64,000 nucleotides of DNA from Botryllus schlosseri (lineage: Eukaryota). Position 1 is the stretch's first letter. The number at the start of each line of letters is the position of its first letter. The stretch lies in NCBI GenBank assembly GCA_051294905.1, contig CM119371.1:16556001-16620000 (forward strand). Direction: 5' to 3'. The translations under genes were made by a program, and so were the position numbers. The notes under the pieces were generated by a model. It was not told the origin of the DNA and did not search any database. It saw nothing but the letters and a program-made list of their open reading frames with translations. This document shows positions 39,846 to 53,327 of this stretch, piece by piece.

Positions 39846-41178
39846 GGGGAGAGTGGGTAGGTATGGGCCACTGTTGAGGTGTGGGCCACTGCCATATCTG
39901 GTGACTGTGACATCACATATGCTTGTCAAGCTGTGTGATTGTTAGAAAAAAGCTCCAGACTCACCCATGTTACTCACAGCCATGAGGCCAGCAGAGTTTT
40001 TGACTCAGCTAGAGATATATAATTTTTGCGGTCCAAAGTAAATTTATTTGAAAATAGGGAATTTGGGTTTGAGTCCACATATGTGCATGTTTGGATTAGA
40101 CTTATTTATGGTGTGAAAGCTATAGAAATATGCTATCTATAGAGTATAGTTTTAATGCTTTGTCAATCTCTCGGATCTTGAAATTATGACAAGAATCCCC
40201 AAGATGGAGTGTTTGAGGTATGGGCCTTTTAGCAGGTTGGGGTATGGGCCGGCCCATACCTCAATAGGCTGGGGTATGGGACAGCATAACATATACCTGA
40301 AATCAATATTTGATTGATCCTATTAAATATATTTATCTCTAGAATACAGAAGGTGTTGGTTTTATCCCTCCCATATACAATCACTTGAAAGTAAATCATG
40401 AAACCAATAAAAAGGCCAGTTTTCAGAATCATATCTGAGCTTGGCAATATGAAACGTTAAAGCATGGGAGGTATCAAAAAGATAAGCATGCCGTCAGTAC
40501 AAAAATGGTAGAGCTACATTAAACAGGTATATGGAAAAACAGGGGATGAGTCTCACATGAAAAAGATTTCAAAATCGTTTTCCAATACTGTCTTTCATGA
40601 AGAGGAGAAAAGTTTGTTAGCACAGTATGTCATCTTATGCTCAAATATGTATCATGGCTTGTCACTCCCACTTGAATAAGAGATAGACCTGTGACATTTG
40701 GATTTGATGGGGTAGTTGAGGCGAAAGAAGCATGATTTGATAGTGATTTTCATGTTATATATTTTCAGTTATCTTGTTCCGTTACGCGTTATGGCTTACG
40801 ATCAATACGGGAATCGAAATATATGAATTGCCCACTTCCAGCCCAGCTTTATATCAGTATATACAAACTGTTGGTAACTGTGACAAGAGTTGAGGTTTGT
40901 AGGATATGAATGGCATTTATTGATTCAATACAGACAGCGGCCCATACCTCACCACCCCCCGGCCCATACCTCGTAGCCTATTTTTTATTAACAAAAATGA
41001 TGTATTGTTACGAAATTTGATGTCACTTCCAAATACATGGGTATTTTAGCTTAATTCTACCAGTAATAGTTAACCATATAACTAATGATTGTCTATACCG
41101 AAATTTAGGAATATTAGACCATGTTTGACCAAGTTACAGCTTTGTAAGATTTGGTGGCCCATACCTACCCACTTCTCC
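39846..41178 (+). mobile_element. Internally deleted pogo/Fot1-like (Tc1-mariner superfamily) element
   Basis: TA|GGGGAGAGTGGGTAGGTATGGGCCAC ... GTGGCCCATACCTACCCACTTCTCC; internal GGTATGGGCC repeats. The remnant at ~40465-40678 translates (+) as ACRQYKNGRATLNRYMEK (psq-type HTH), then NTVFHEEEKSLLAQYVILCSNMYHGLS (CENP-B-type HTH). Confidence 0.85.
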
Positions 41179-41952
41179 TGTAGCATTTCCAGAAAAACCA
41201 GACATTAGATTAGAATTAAAATTAGACCATACAAAGATTTAATGAATTTGATTAGAATTAGAATTAGAGCATAGAAACATTTCACAAATGAGAAGAGCTT
41301 CAATTAGCATAATTAGATAGATTAGAATATCTAGTTGTCCAAGTCTGGCAACACCACCTCTATCAGGAATAACTGAATATATTTTTGAAGATTCTTCCTA
41401 TTATAGTATAGGGTCATATGGGATTAGTAATTTTATATTAGTCGCAAAGATGCATATAGCAATTTTCAAAGTAGAAACTTACGAAAAACTGCTTACCATA
41501 CTTGACTATTCTTCCGACATTTTGTATCCTACTTCCACTTGACGTAGTTTTGACCTGTAATGGGAACTGTTGCATCGACTTGTAATCGAGTATAAATTGA
41601 TGGCGGTATTTCTACATCGACTTGAGTAGCAACGCTAGTAACTTTGGCCATCTCTGCTTTGGTTTACCTGATATAAGTGACTACGAAAGTTGACATCAGG
41701 TGTCGTTAACAAAGTTGTAATACCTGCTAGCTTGGTAACAAGTCTTTCAGTTTTCGCATCATACTCCTAAACTTGGTTAATTCCTGTGATGTAATCTTGC
41801 TCTTGCTGCATGCGGTCTCTAAAATTTAGAGAAAATCAGAGAAAGAGATGCATGGACTTCGATATGAATTTAATATTGATTCAAAACACGTTTGAAACGT
41901 TTCCTCTTTAGGCAATATTGACTTTCAGAATGGATTCAAAGGGATCACAGAC

Positions 41953-42496
41953 CAGGGTTGTACTGACTCGAGTCACGATTTTCTGATGACTCGACTTGAT
42001 TCGAGTCATTTTCTCAAAATATGGAAATGACTCGACTCGAGTCGATCAGTGTATTGACACGACTTGGACTCCAGTCATTGCGCATGACTCGAACCAAGTC
42101 ATATGACTCAAGATTGAGACGGCCAATACCTACATTTCATTGAAATTTCGGAGAATAGTAAAGTAACCACACTATTTGGATTACGCTTATTGGTACTGGT
42201 ACTTAAAAATTCGATCAGTGAGGAAAATTAGTATATTTATAAATGCGAGCCCTTCGATATCACCAAATAGAGCTATAAAAAGTGGATTTAACAAGATTTC
42301 AACTGGAAACTGATCAGTCAACACAATGACTTGGACTCGGACTCGAATCATAATACCATGACTCGGACTCGACCATCTGTTCGCTGACTTGGAGTCGGAC
42401 TTGACTCGGTGGTCGAAGGAAAATGACTCGACCTGATTCGAGTCAAAACTATATAAGTGAGATTGACTTCTGACTCGTGACTTGGTTACAACCCCG
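41953..42496. mobile_element. hAT-type MITE with GACTC repeats (counterpart of 34158-34678)
   Basis: CAGGGTTGTA...TACAACCCCG; TSD TCACAGAC/CCACAGAT. Confidence 0.9.
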
Positions 42497-44260
42497 CCAC
42501 AGATACATGTCTGAGTGTGTCTTGATTAGAAAACGTTGACTTGTCTTATACATCGAAATTAGCAAATTAGCTGGATGATAACAATTACCTTGGAATATAA
42601 GCTGTTTGACAACGATCCTTTACTGTTTCGCAGCATACGCTTCTACCGTTAAATGCGACGTCGATTTGGTTGAAATTCCCTGATATTAGCTTGTATAGCA
42701 GCATCCTAAAATTGAAAAAATAACCATGAGGCATACGGTAAACGTTTAGTTGACAATTTGGATTGGATTCGAAACGCCCAAGACATCCGAAATGTGTACT
42801 GATGTTGTAGCCTTGACTTGCTTTATGCTTGTAAATAAGCGAGTTAAAATACAATTTTGCAACTCTCCTACGCATAGTATATTACTCACCAACTACATAT
42901 TTGATTTCACATTCACAGAGTAAGAGTCTGCTACTAATAGCAATCAGTCCTTGAATCTAACAAAAAGCAGATTTGTGCATATGCACAGATCGTGTGTATG
43001 TCATATCATGAGTCAAGAAGTGCATATATTATGATTTGTGTATATTGATCAAAAGGACAGTTTGATAAACTTTGGCAAGGCTATGTTTGCCTCTTCGTAC
43101 TGGTCAAAACATTGAAGACCCAGCTAATCCGTGCATTGTTGCACACCGAGTTGACCGCAGTAGTGCGCATTGCTACTCAAGCAATAGATGTAAATTTCTA
43201 CTCAATGACAAGCATATAGAAGTCGCTATGTCAAATCCATGTCAAGCTGCATCAAATTAAAATAAATATATGAACAGAACTCAAGAGAAGTAGTCTAGTT
43301 GATGGGTCACATAGTCTTAGCAGATAGTCTGAGGGGGCCATTGCAAAATATGTTCAATAAGGCAAGCCTGTTCCTAGTCAATTCTCTCATATTCATAGTG
43401 ATAGCAATATAGCATCGTCATATTTTCACTCATGTCATAATATCATAAACATTTACAGGCCCCAATTTACGGGGATCGAAAGCTTTCATCAAATGTCCAT
43501 TACTCACCTCAGATACCATTGCTTCATATGCTTCAGCCCTTTGCTGTTTGTATGTTACACTTGTTTTCTCATGAGAAATCGATAAGTTCATTCTTCAAGA
43601 GCCCCAAATTTGCGATCTTTGCCCATGCAAGTCTGAAGTAGAATAGATAATATGTTTACCTTCCTACCATAACATAACATAACATATAATGTGTATATAG
43701 CTCAGTGATAATGACAGGGTGATAGGCTTATAACATAACTCTGCATAGTCAGTGGTAGGCTACCCTTTACACTTAAACAGGTCGTGATGTGCTTTGGTAA
43801 TCAATATAACGACAATCGAATCAATTTTTTTCAATGCACTTACAAACGATGTTGCTCAAACCCAAATTACCGTAGTTTATAATCATAGCTGATGCTGGAC
43901 CTGTCAACGGTATCTCCATTAGAGCCATTGAGCTACCGTGTCTTGGATATTGGTATCGGTACTGGTGATACAACAATGTATGTGAATTCAATGTATCGTC
44001 ACTACCGGTACGTTTAAAATTCCAACTTGCTACATATAATTCTGTTCAGTACAGCTGCGACACTGAGTAACAGGAATTGGATCTGTACCGGAAACGCAAC
44101 GGAACAAATGTTATTTACTACTATAGTACCGATATGAAATGTAACTCACCATCCAGATATTTTCAATCTCGAAAGATGCTTTCTTCACAGATTCACGACA
44201 ACTAATACGGTCAGTCGATAGCCAGTCTGGTCTCGTAAGCGCGGAAATACGGCATATAAC

Positions 44261-44296
44261 TATAGATTACTAACCTCCGTAGGTTAGTAATCTATA
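44261..44296. mobile_element. 36-bp perfect hairpin insertion with a 7-bp target duplication
   Basis: TATAGATTACTAACCT-CCGT-AGGTTAGTAATCTATA flanked by ATATAAC on both sides; absent at the paralogous site (~36477-36483), which has a single ATATAAC. Confidence 0.85.
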
Positions 44297-45734
44297 ATAT
44301 AACGAAACATTTTACTACATAGCTGTAGCGAAACATAGCAACAGCTCTTCTGGTGACGACGGTTTGTATGTTCCATTATGATGTAACAATTGACTAACTG
44401 ATGCAATAACTATATTGAAGTTAAAGATCTCCGGAATATTTGTATGTATACTATAATTGATTTATCGGAAATATGGATTTGATAGCTGTGAAGCTGCAGA
44501 TTGCATCATAATAAGCTTAAAAAAGTCTTGCAGTACTAGATTTATCTTCATAGATCGAACCATTGAAACGATCCGAAAGCTGTATGCGAATTGTCGGTTA
44601 GGCTTAGTGTGCAATTCATAAAGCTACCCAATAGTGAATAACACTACAATATAGATATGGAAAGAACCAGGAAACTTTGTCCCAATTTAGTCCCTCTTTC
44701 GCCCAATTCAATGATTGTTCCGTGACGTAACCTCGTGTCCCATTCTAATTTGAATTCTTGCTACGCCCATATTGCGTACTGCTCACGTAAGTTTGTGGCT
44801 GAAATTTAACTCCTTCTAGTATTCCCAGCTCTAAATACCCTTAACCTGCATTATACTGTGGTTATACACTAATGCCGTGCGGAATAGGCCCGATATATTT
44901 TCTACATAGCCTACGTACATTCGTACAATTGTGCATTTGACGTGGCAACTTCATAATGTGTCGTATTTTTGCCACACACTTGAGATACATCGGTCACACT
45001 ATAGTAGCCAGGGTGAAATTTATGCCAAAGTACGAGTACTGCAGTGCACGATAAATGTGAATTATAATATGATATTGCGGACTTAGCTATTATTCATTCA
45101 TGTCGATGTAGCACACGAACTAATACAACGAAGGGTTATTTGTCAGTGAAGCTGAAGCTATATGCGTAGGCGAATTTACTTGATCGAACCGGGTTAAATC
45201 CTGAACAATGCAACATTGCCTAAGCCTACCCAAGAAGCCTTAAAGACACGGACATTGGACAACAATAAAGTGGCGAAAACACGCATTTTCGGGATATGTC
45301 CTACACGACCTACAGTTAGACACAGCAGAGAAGTTCTCAAGTGCCCATACAATGATCAGTACAGTGATTCGACTGAATTTTTAACAAGAATGCCGACTTG
45401 CCGGTTGCCGCACCCCTGCCAGCTTAACCAGGCTTCTGACCGACACAGACTTAAAACTTTAACAGTCAAGTTTTGTGGAAGCGGTTAGCGCGGATTGAAT
45501 CCAAAACTTCATATTTGTCTGACAAAAGGTGTAATATCTAACAATTCACCCCAAATGCCAAGGCTTGGGGTGTGTATTTTATGGTATGTGTATATAGGGG
45601 TGTATTCGGCTTATTTCCACCAATCGCTTAGGTGTAAAAGACAAATTTAGTACCCAATAAGTGTGATGACTCAAAACACACCATACGCTAGGGTGTGAAT
45701 TGCGAAAACACACCGTTTTCGTTTACAGTGTACT

Positions 45735-46180
45735 ACATTCGTGCCTCGGGCTAATCGAACCGTTGTTATGAAAATATGATGATTGTTCAGAGACAGAAAG
45801 CAGAAAGTCAATTTTACGTCATTATTCCCCCGTGTCGCAGACTCAGGCGGGCTGATACGTTGTATGCCTGTCACTACACCCGCTTTCTAACCAGTCTTTT
45901 GATTACGTAATGATTATAGTGCGAAAATATTAATTCACTACGGTTGGTGCGAGACTAAGTTATTGTAAAAGAAACCATTAGTGGCGCGCGTCGTAAGTGT
46001 TTACAATTGCAACGCAATCGCAACGACAAATGATATGGAGCCACTGCACCTGAATTTTCTATTCGGTTAATTTGAATTATTTCACGCCAGAAAAAGTAAC
46101 AATTATACACAATTTTCATCTGCACTGACATTTTTTTCATCCGCACAAGTGCGTACCATCCCACAGGTTGTAAAGCATTG
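45735..46180. mobile_element. Partial MITE copy, inverted relative to 8941-9375
   Basis: Ends GTTGTAAAGCATTG; shared blocks such as GCACAAGTGCGTACC and ATGAAAATATGATGATTG. Confidence 0.7.
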
Positions 46181-46390
46181 CCCCCTGACTTTTCACCGCT
46201 AACTGCACCTTGTGAAGGTCTCTGATATCCCTTGTTATTCAATGAAGTCAGAAGTATTGCCGAATGACTGACTCTTGAAGCACTACGATTTTCGTGAAGG
46301 TTGGGGACGTTTGAACATTTGTGTATTGCTGCACTAGAAACTATCGCATTTATTTTAAAACCTTTCGATACCGCGAACAAAATTGGCAAC

Positions 46391-46866
46391 TAGGACAGGG
46401 CAAAATCGAATACTAAGTGATTCGATTCTGAACCACGTATTATGCTTCGAGTCGAGTCGAGTATTCGAGTGTCACTCATTATGGCGTCACAACAGAATGT
46501 CAACGTTTTTTTATGCCACCACAAAAAACACACATAATGTCTGGTATTTTGTCGATCATACCGATTTCATTGCACCTCTTGACAATGTTGTGGGATGATC
46601 ATGACTTCGGAAATGTGCTATTTCTAGTAACATTGGTAGCTTTGCACTATGTCTCATATGCTGCAACACGGCCAAACAAGGTTTCATGGCTTCTTCCGTC
46701 AAAAATAGTATCAAAACTATAATTCTCGTTGGTAAATCAACTTTCAGTTGCGAGAAGCGTATAATTTCAGTACTCGAAAAAAAATCGTCTTTCACTATTC
46801 GACTCGAATCAATAAAATCAATACTTGATTCAGATTCGAGTACGCGAATTATTGTGCTCAACGCTA
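46391..46866. mobile_element. hAT-type MITE with TCGAGT/TCGAAT repeats, family D
   Basis: TAGGACAGGGCAAAATCG...TTGTGCTCAACGCTA; TSD TTGGCAAC/TTTGCTAC (6/8); inverted homolog at 52864-53327. Confidence 0.82.
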
Positions 46867-48775
46867 TTTGCTACCCATTGTAACTAACGATATATTGCCA
46901 TAAATTTGCATTCAGGGGCGTGCCATGCATTTTCTATATGTAGGCCACTACAGAAAAATTGGTTTATTGTAAAGCCTACACGGCCATGAGAAAAATGTGA
47001 ATGTAATCCGTGGGTGTAGCGACCCGCTGGTTGAATATCAGTGATAAAAATATAAAGTGAAAGACAACAATAAATGCCAATTTTTCGGAATGTAAGCTCG
47101 TCATGAATTACGTGGGCCATAGAGCTGATAGTATGAGTAATTTTTGAAAATACTGCACATACCACTCAGGACATTTCCGCGGGTAACGCGTTGTACACCA
47201 CTGCTCTAAAAGGCAATATGCTGACTTTTCATCGATCACGTCGTGTTAATGTGATACATGTTTTATACCTTGGTTAGTGGGTATTCACTAGGGTGGAGTA
47301 AAATTGATTTTTTTTTTAAATCTTAAAAAAGGGGTTTTTTAAATCCCGACAAATGACTTGAAACTTCAATTAGAATTGAATTGAGGGGATTTTCCTCATT
47401 TTCCAGCCGGCAACCTCCAATTTCTGCTCGCAAGGGGGTAAAATTGCATATCTCGGCAACCGCTGGTCGCAGAGTCATGATATCTAGCTCTAACGCTGCA
47501 GAGACATCATGTTTATTGTTTATATATGTCCTGAGAAAAAGTTTACGCTGTTGTGAACGCAAAACTAATTATAGCCGTTAAAAATGAGGGTAAACGACTG
47601 GATTAACTACATAGGCCTACTCGGTTGTGTTGGGGCTGCGGGGAGCCCATTCTGGTGACGTGGGGTACCAGTCGTTTGCAACCGTGGTTAATACAAGGTT
47701 GCAATAAGAAGATCCTTGTCCAAAAGGGATACTCGGCGATTGCCGTCAGAGGGCCAAATACTATTTACCGATTTGACCTCAAATCCAAGTAATGATATTG
47801 GCAAAGCGAAACTGCGTGCTATTGACGGTGGTGGTAATGCCGACTTCAACTGGCCAATCTGCGCTAAATGTTTCAGAAGAATATATGCATGGAGTGGACT
47901 GGACTGATATGAAAGCATGAGTTCATGAATGAAGCATAAATGGGTTTGTACGACTGAACTATATCTCTTGCAATTGTGCTTAGCGAGGTTAAATCATGAT
48001 GTATCAGTGCAAAGTACGGCAACCCTACCATTATACCATGTAGCATACATTTAATAGGTCGACGCCCTGTAAGAGTTACCTAGTTTCGTGTGTTCCTGGT
48101 ATAAATTATATATTATAACAGTAACAGTATTTAGTGCGCATCTATAGTAATAGCTGTATCATAGGCGTTCGGTAAATACCCTAATAAAATATTGTGTGAA
48201 TATCATCATCACAGGTTGGCATATATCAGCGACGCCGTGGGGATAAGTCAGAGTGCGCAAACAATTGTATTTAGCAGATTCTTCTAATTAAATATTCTTA
48301 TCGGAATAGATGGTAGTAGAATGGACCGCATATATTCCACATAATTGCATAGTTCGGCGTCTATTTATTGTAGCCGTTACGATCTGTCTATACCTGTGAT
48401 TCGCTAGCATCAAGCAATTGATCTTATTGGCCTACTTGCAAAATCAAGATGCGGATTCAGCTCGCAGTGTACAGTTCGAAACGTAAAAGCACCTTTATGT
48501 CACCTCACATGGGTAGTGGTGCTTTCAGACCTTCGGATGTGGGGAGTCAATATCAACGTCTATAATTATCGCAAATCGCAGATACCTTAAGCCCAGGGCA
48601 TTTTTGTTTGACACGTCAAAAAAAGTCAAAATTAGGTCGAAATTGTAACGTTCGGTCAAAAAATGTCAAAAAAGTCATATTTTGTTACAATCTGCATTTC
48701 GTTTCTATCGTAGATTTTGCTCTGTCGGGGAACTTATCATTCGACATTTTACAGCTTGCAACCTACTCTATAGAC

Positions 48776-49760
48776 CAGGGGTTTCGTTCTGTACGGGCCG
48801 CGAGAGTCTAAAGAAACTTATTGATAAAATGCGTACTAAAAATCGAAATAATGCAGGGATTTGATTAAACTTTTTCTTAGTATATTTCACCATGATAATT
48901 CTACGGCAGTGGTTCTCAGCCCGGGGAAGCGCGCCCCTTGGGGTCGTAGAAGCATCTAAAGGTGATAGCGAAGCTGAGCTCAATTGAATTTTTTTCGCGT
49001 TCGGGGCGATTTACATCCAATTTATATTTATTGCTCAGTATTTAGTATGAATTTCATATTTAAAAATCTCTTATCCATAGCCATAACCTAACATGCCACC
49101 AAACTATCCGTTAGGTTTGCTATAGCATCCTGGTTGCGTTTTAAGATATGGCGATAAGCAGGCGCGAAATCTTTCACCGTCATAAGGGGGTGGCTTCTCT
49201 TAAAAGGCTCGAGAACCACTTTTCTAAGGTAAATACTTCCTATAATATTTTTCATGTTTAATTTCCTGCGCGACAGCCTGATCTTAAGGCCCACGCAGTT
49301 TAAAAGGTTTCAACTGCTAAACATTACAGAAATCCTAAACGAGATGGACATAATTTGGATCACTAGTGTGATTTCAGATTGGTCACTCCAGTTTATATTA
49401 TTTTAGTGATGTGCTTATAAAAAAAACGATTTGGGCGTGTCTTAAATAGATTCGTTCTCTGTATGCGTAGAATTATAGGGTATTTATATTTCATCTACAC
49501 ACGTAGTAGAATCGTGTTTGAAGCTAACATGGTTATGATGCTGTCAGCATTGTGTGTCCTGGAACCGAACTAAAAGTGGAATTAGTAAATCTAGGAACAG
49601 ACCACCGCTCACAGATTTAAATTTCAATCCTGTTCCAAGAATCGGGTTAACAGACTTTCATCTCTATAGTTTTGACATAGTTGATATTGAGGTCGACCAA
49701 CCTATGAAATCTCGCCACTGTTTCTTGCGCGTGTACGATATCATCATATCTGTAAACGTT
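48776..49760. mobile_element. Truncated inverted copy of the family A composite (outer MITE plus nested MITE at ~48907-49220)
   Basis: Reverse-complement match to ~11690-12640, including the nested CAGTGGTTCTC...GAGAACCACT element at the same site (TSD TTCTACGG/TTCTAAGG = reverse complement of CCTTAGAA). Confidence 0.88.
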
Positions 49761-49976
49761 TACGATAAGGATCAGATGCTTATAGTAATCACTACATTTT
49801 GATCGATTTTCCTTTAGTTTATACGCTCCTCCATAACTCCACCACGCTAACGTCGAAAAAGTAAATAAATGTAAAATCCCAGTATCAAGCGTAGGCTACC
49901 CTGATACTACTATACTCCGGAAACACTCCTTTAAAATATAGCGATAGGAGATATTCGCTGTACTGTACATAATTAT

Positions 49977-50050
49977 GACGAGTGGCGTAGTGGTACGTTC
50001 TGCAGCTGCAACACGAATGTGCTGCAAGTTCGAATCCTACCTGGGTCGAG
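49977..50050 (+). mobile_element. tRNA-derived SINE head (Pol III A/B boxes)
   Basis: A box TGGCGTAGTGG at ~49983 and B box GTTCGAATCC at ~50028 with tRNA-like spacing; the cloverleaf stems pair poorly; 3' extent not defined. Confidence 0.6.
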
Positions 50051-51495
50051 TCCAGAATGACTTCACAATGATTGGATATTTATCCAAACAAAAGTCAGGA
50101 CTGGTGATTCGCAAAGTGGGCGATGCTGAAAGCCAAAGGATGCTCAAATGTTCAATCAATGATATTTTGGTGACAATTCGATTTCTAATACAGTTACATA
50201 TGTAATCGAAGGATGTTGTTGGAAAATCGGTTTAATTACTTGACTCATCCCAACCCGCAAGAGATGGAAATGATATAAAGTGGTGCGTTGGTGCAAAAAC
50301 AAATGAACTCAGTTCCATTTTATCCGTCGTCTGCACTGATTCCAGGAATGTAAATTATAACCTTGTCAGGGCATTAGAACCCCTTCCAAATCCCACTGAA
50401 ATATAACAAAATAGATAGTAGTACGAACAATTACCGAAAAACGAGGTATTGGCATGCATTTCCATTGTGTGGTAGCAATGCGCCCGGGCGAATCGGACTG
50501 TAGCTACACAGAGACTGTCCCGGTGTCGCATAATTTGAAATTGGCAAATGACAAATGCTACTGTCATATGATTTGGCTACAAAGTTCCTTGCATATTCCA
50601 TTTTTATATAGCTACCATACTCTCACAGATATCCTGCAACTAACGGCATCGGTGTCTCCTATGCTTGACCTTCACAGAACTAATGAGACAGACTCACCGA
50701 GCCCCTGGGGTTTGATCGAGCTCAGGTCAAGAACCACTGGCCTAGAACAAACGTGGGTCTTGGCATATATTGCTTGACATTACAAATCATGTAATGTTCA
50801 AACAATATCTGCGTAGCGTAAAATGACTATGGATATCGATACATCATAAATATTACACAGCAACGCTTGAAGGTTCAACAGTTCTGACTTGGATCAAGGA
50901 ATTTCAAAAGTCAACACAGAGGCATTTACATCGCCACAAAGCAAACCCCGACAACGCTCATCCCAACATTGATGGACATCTGTAGTAAACAACGCTAAGC
51001 GGTTGCTAACGTAACTTTGTACGTGTCTGTTGGACAGAGATGTACTTATGTGCAGAGGCAAGCTAACACAATATATCGGACAGGATCAAAGACAACGTAT
51101 CGTATTTACCTCTGTATGTTTATATGGGAGCAAATTAATCCGAGCCTGTCATATTTGGTTACTGAGAAACCTATAAGGCTATTGCCAGAACACTATTACA
51201 GAGAATGGACCGTCAGGTAACGCAAAGCCACCAATAACAGCACCCTACTTACCCGAACCCAATGACATCAAACCGCATTCCACAACCTAAAGACACCAAC
51301 CCTATCAACCCCCCGGACGGTAGTGTGTACTTACACGATTATTTGCAGTGTGCAAGCGCTGCGTTTACTGTGCACGTAGCAAGTGACCAGTAATGCCCTG
51401 CTCTGTTTTAACCATTGCTAGCAATGTCGGTTGCCGCCATTGTCCATTCGCGGTAGCGTCTTTCTGGGTAATATCATTGTTGGTAATGTAGTTTT

Positions 51496-52673
51496 CAGTG
51501 ACGTGCGGTGAGGTTCATGGCTGGTGAGGCACGCCCCCCCCCCCACACACACACATACAAAAGAACAACACGCACGCAAAGAGACTTGAAATCTGAATAA
51601 CAACAGCAGCGGGTATAAAGAGCATTTTCTTTGCACACTGGTAGCCGTTGCAATTTCACATTCTATAATACATGTAGGACTAGTCGCTATTGTGCCAAAT
51701 GGGCATGTTTAGACAAATAATAATTACTATCTTTTCAAGTAGGCCTTCCGGTATAAATTATTCGAAGAACATGAAACAAGCATCATCAGTTACAAATTTT
51801 ATTCAGTAAAAATACACTACATTTGCTGAATTTCGAAAGAAAATGCACTAGGTCAAGTCAAAATACACTAGTGGCACCACTACCACAAACAACAACGCAG
51901 GCTTTGTAAGTATGGCTATCACAATCACATATCACAATTAACGGCAATTAAGGGATTGCAGTCGAATACAGCATCAAGGACACAAACAACGACAATGCAG
52001 CCTATGCAAATAGCTATCACATACCACAATTTAACGTCGCTATGGGTGCAAAATACATAAAAGCTACATATTAAGTAATAAAATGTATTGGCTTCGCATT
52101 ACGCCTTGGCCGTCGCTTTAATCTTATATAATTCCCACAAGATTGTTGGATTCCGAAATCGGTAGCGCGTTTCACTCGGTTTCGATTGTTCAATTGCTAG
52201 CGAATAGTGCATGAAGCAGATTCGTTTGTGCTTCACCTAGCCATTGTTTCTCTACGATGGCATTCTCTGTAAAAAAGGCGAAGGTAACCTTCCTTGGCGA
52301 TTTTTGGGGGTTCTGGAGCTTTGACACTGTTAATATTTAGATTTTCGGAATCAGTGTGACTGTAGCATTTCATTGATTCCAGGTATTAAGAATTCCGAGC
52401 TATTTATGATGCATTGCATTGTTGCAGGTGAGGCACGACCCGCCCGTGCCTCACATGTGCCTCACCTCTCCTTTCGCGCTGTATTTTTGAATAATAATGA
52501 TGCAAATTGATGATGTTTGGTGAAAAAAATGTTCCAATTTAGTTATATATGAACATCGATGTGTAACATCAATATAATCATCGACTCATGGAGGGGTTTT
52601 ACAATTTTCATTTACTCATGCAGACGACAGGTGAGGCACTGCCTCACCTGCCTCATTGGACCGCATGTCACTA
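51496..52673. mobile_element. hAT-type element with GTGAGGCA subterminal motifs
   Basis: TIR CAGTGACGTGCGGT / ACCGCATGTCACTA; perfect TSD GTAGTTTT (51488-51495, 52674-52681). Confidence 0.92.
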
Positions 52674-52863
52674 GTAGTTTTCGATATTGTCCAGCTACGT
52701 CCATATTTATTGTAGCGAAAACGTCGGGACACACGTTGGTGCGGTGATCCCTAACCTTTACCAACCTGCGGAAGATTGCGCTAATTTGCAAGCCTTCGCG
52801 GAACATCAAATTTTCACCGAGTCAAATATAGACAGAAATCCAACACAATGCAAATCTAACTAC

Positions 52864-53327
52864 TAGGTTTGGGCACAATGATTCGAGTTACTCGAATCTG
52901 AATCAAATATTAATTTTAGTGATTTGAGTCGAGTATAGTTAAAGACGATTTTCTCGAGTACTGAAATTATACTCTTCTCGTCGCAGAAAGTTAATTTACC
53001 AACTAGAATTATAGCTTCGATATTAATTTTCACAGTTGAAGCCTTGAAACCTTGATTGGCGGTGTCGTAGCATATGAAACATTTAGTACAGAGCTACGAA
53101 GGTAGCCGGACGTACCACATTTCCGAAAAATACCAAAGTAACATTTACGAGATGGATAACATGCATTATAATCTTGGTGGTGACATAAGCGGTACATAAT
53201 TGAACTTCGACGAATTACATTCTGATATGACGTCACGATGAGTGACACTCGAATACTTGACTCGACTCGAAGCGTAACACGAGATTCAGAATCGAATCAA
53301 CCAGGTACTCGATTTTGCCCAGCCCTA
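52864..53327. mobile_element. hAT-type MITE, family D
   Basis: TAGGTTTGGGCACAAT...ATTTTGCCCAGCCCTA; TSD CTAACTAC/CTAGCTAC (7/8). Confidence 0.88.

Larger units (their letters stand above)
37903..45730. mobile_element. CACT-ended (CMC/EnSpm-like) non-autonomous element, copy 2 of a tandem dimer
   Basis: CACTCTTAGCGAAAAGAGTG at 37903, CCGTTTTCGTTTACAGTG|TA at 45730; colinear with copy 1 apart from substitutions and differential insertions. Confidence 0.75.

Noticed and set aside
28433..45730. LTR retrotransposon or simple assembly duplication
   Set aside because: No TG..CA LTRs, PBS or gag/pol; the copies differ by many substitutions and several insertions, and the boundaries coincide with TIRs. 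A haplotype artefact is not fully excluded without reads.
49977..50050. Functional tRNA gene
   Set aside because: A/B boxes are present but the stems pair poorly and no oligo-T terminator follows; a SINE head fits better.
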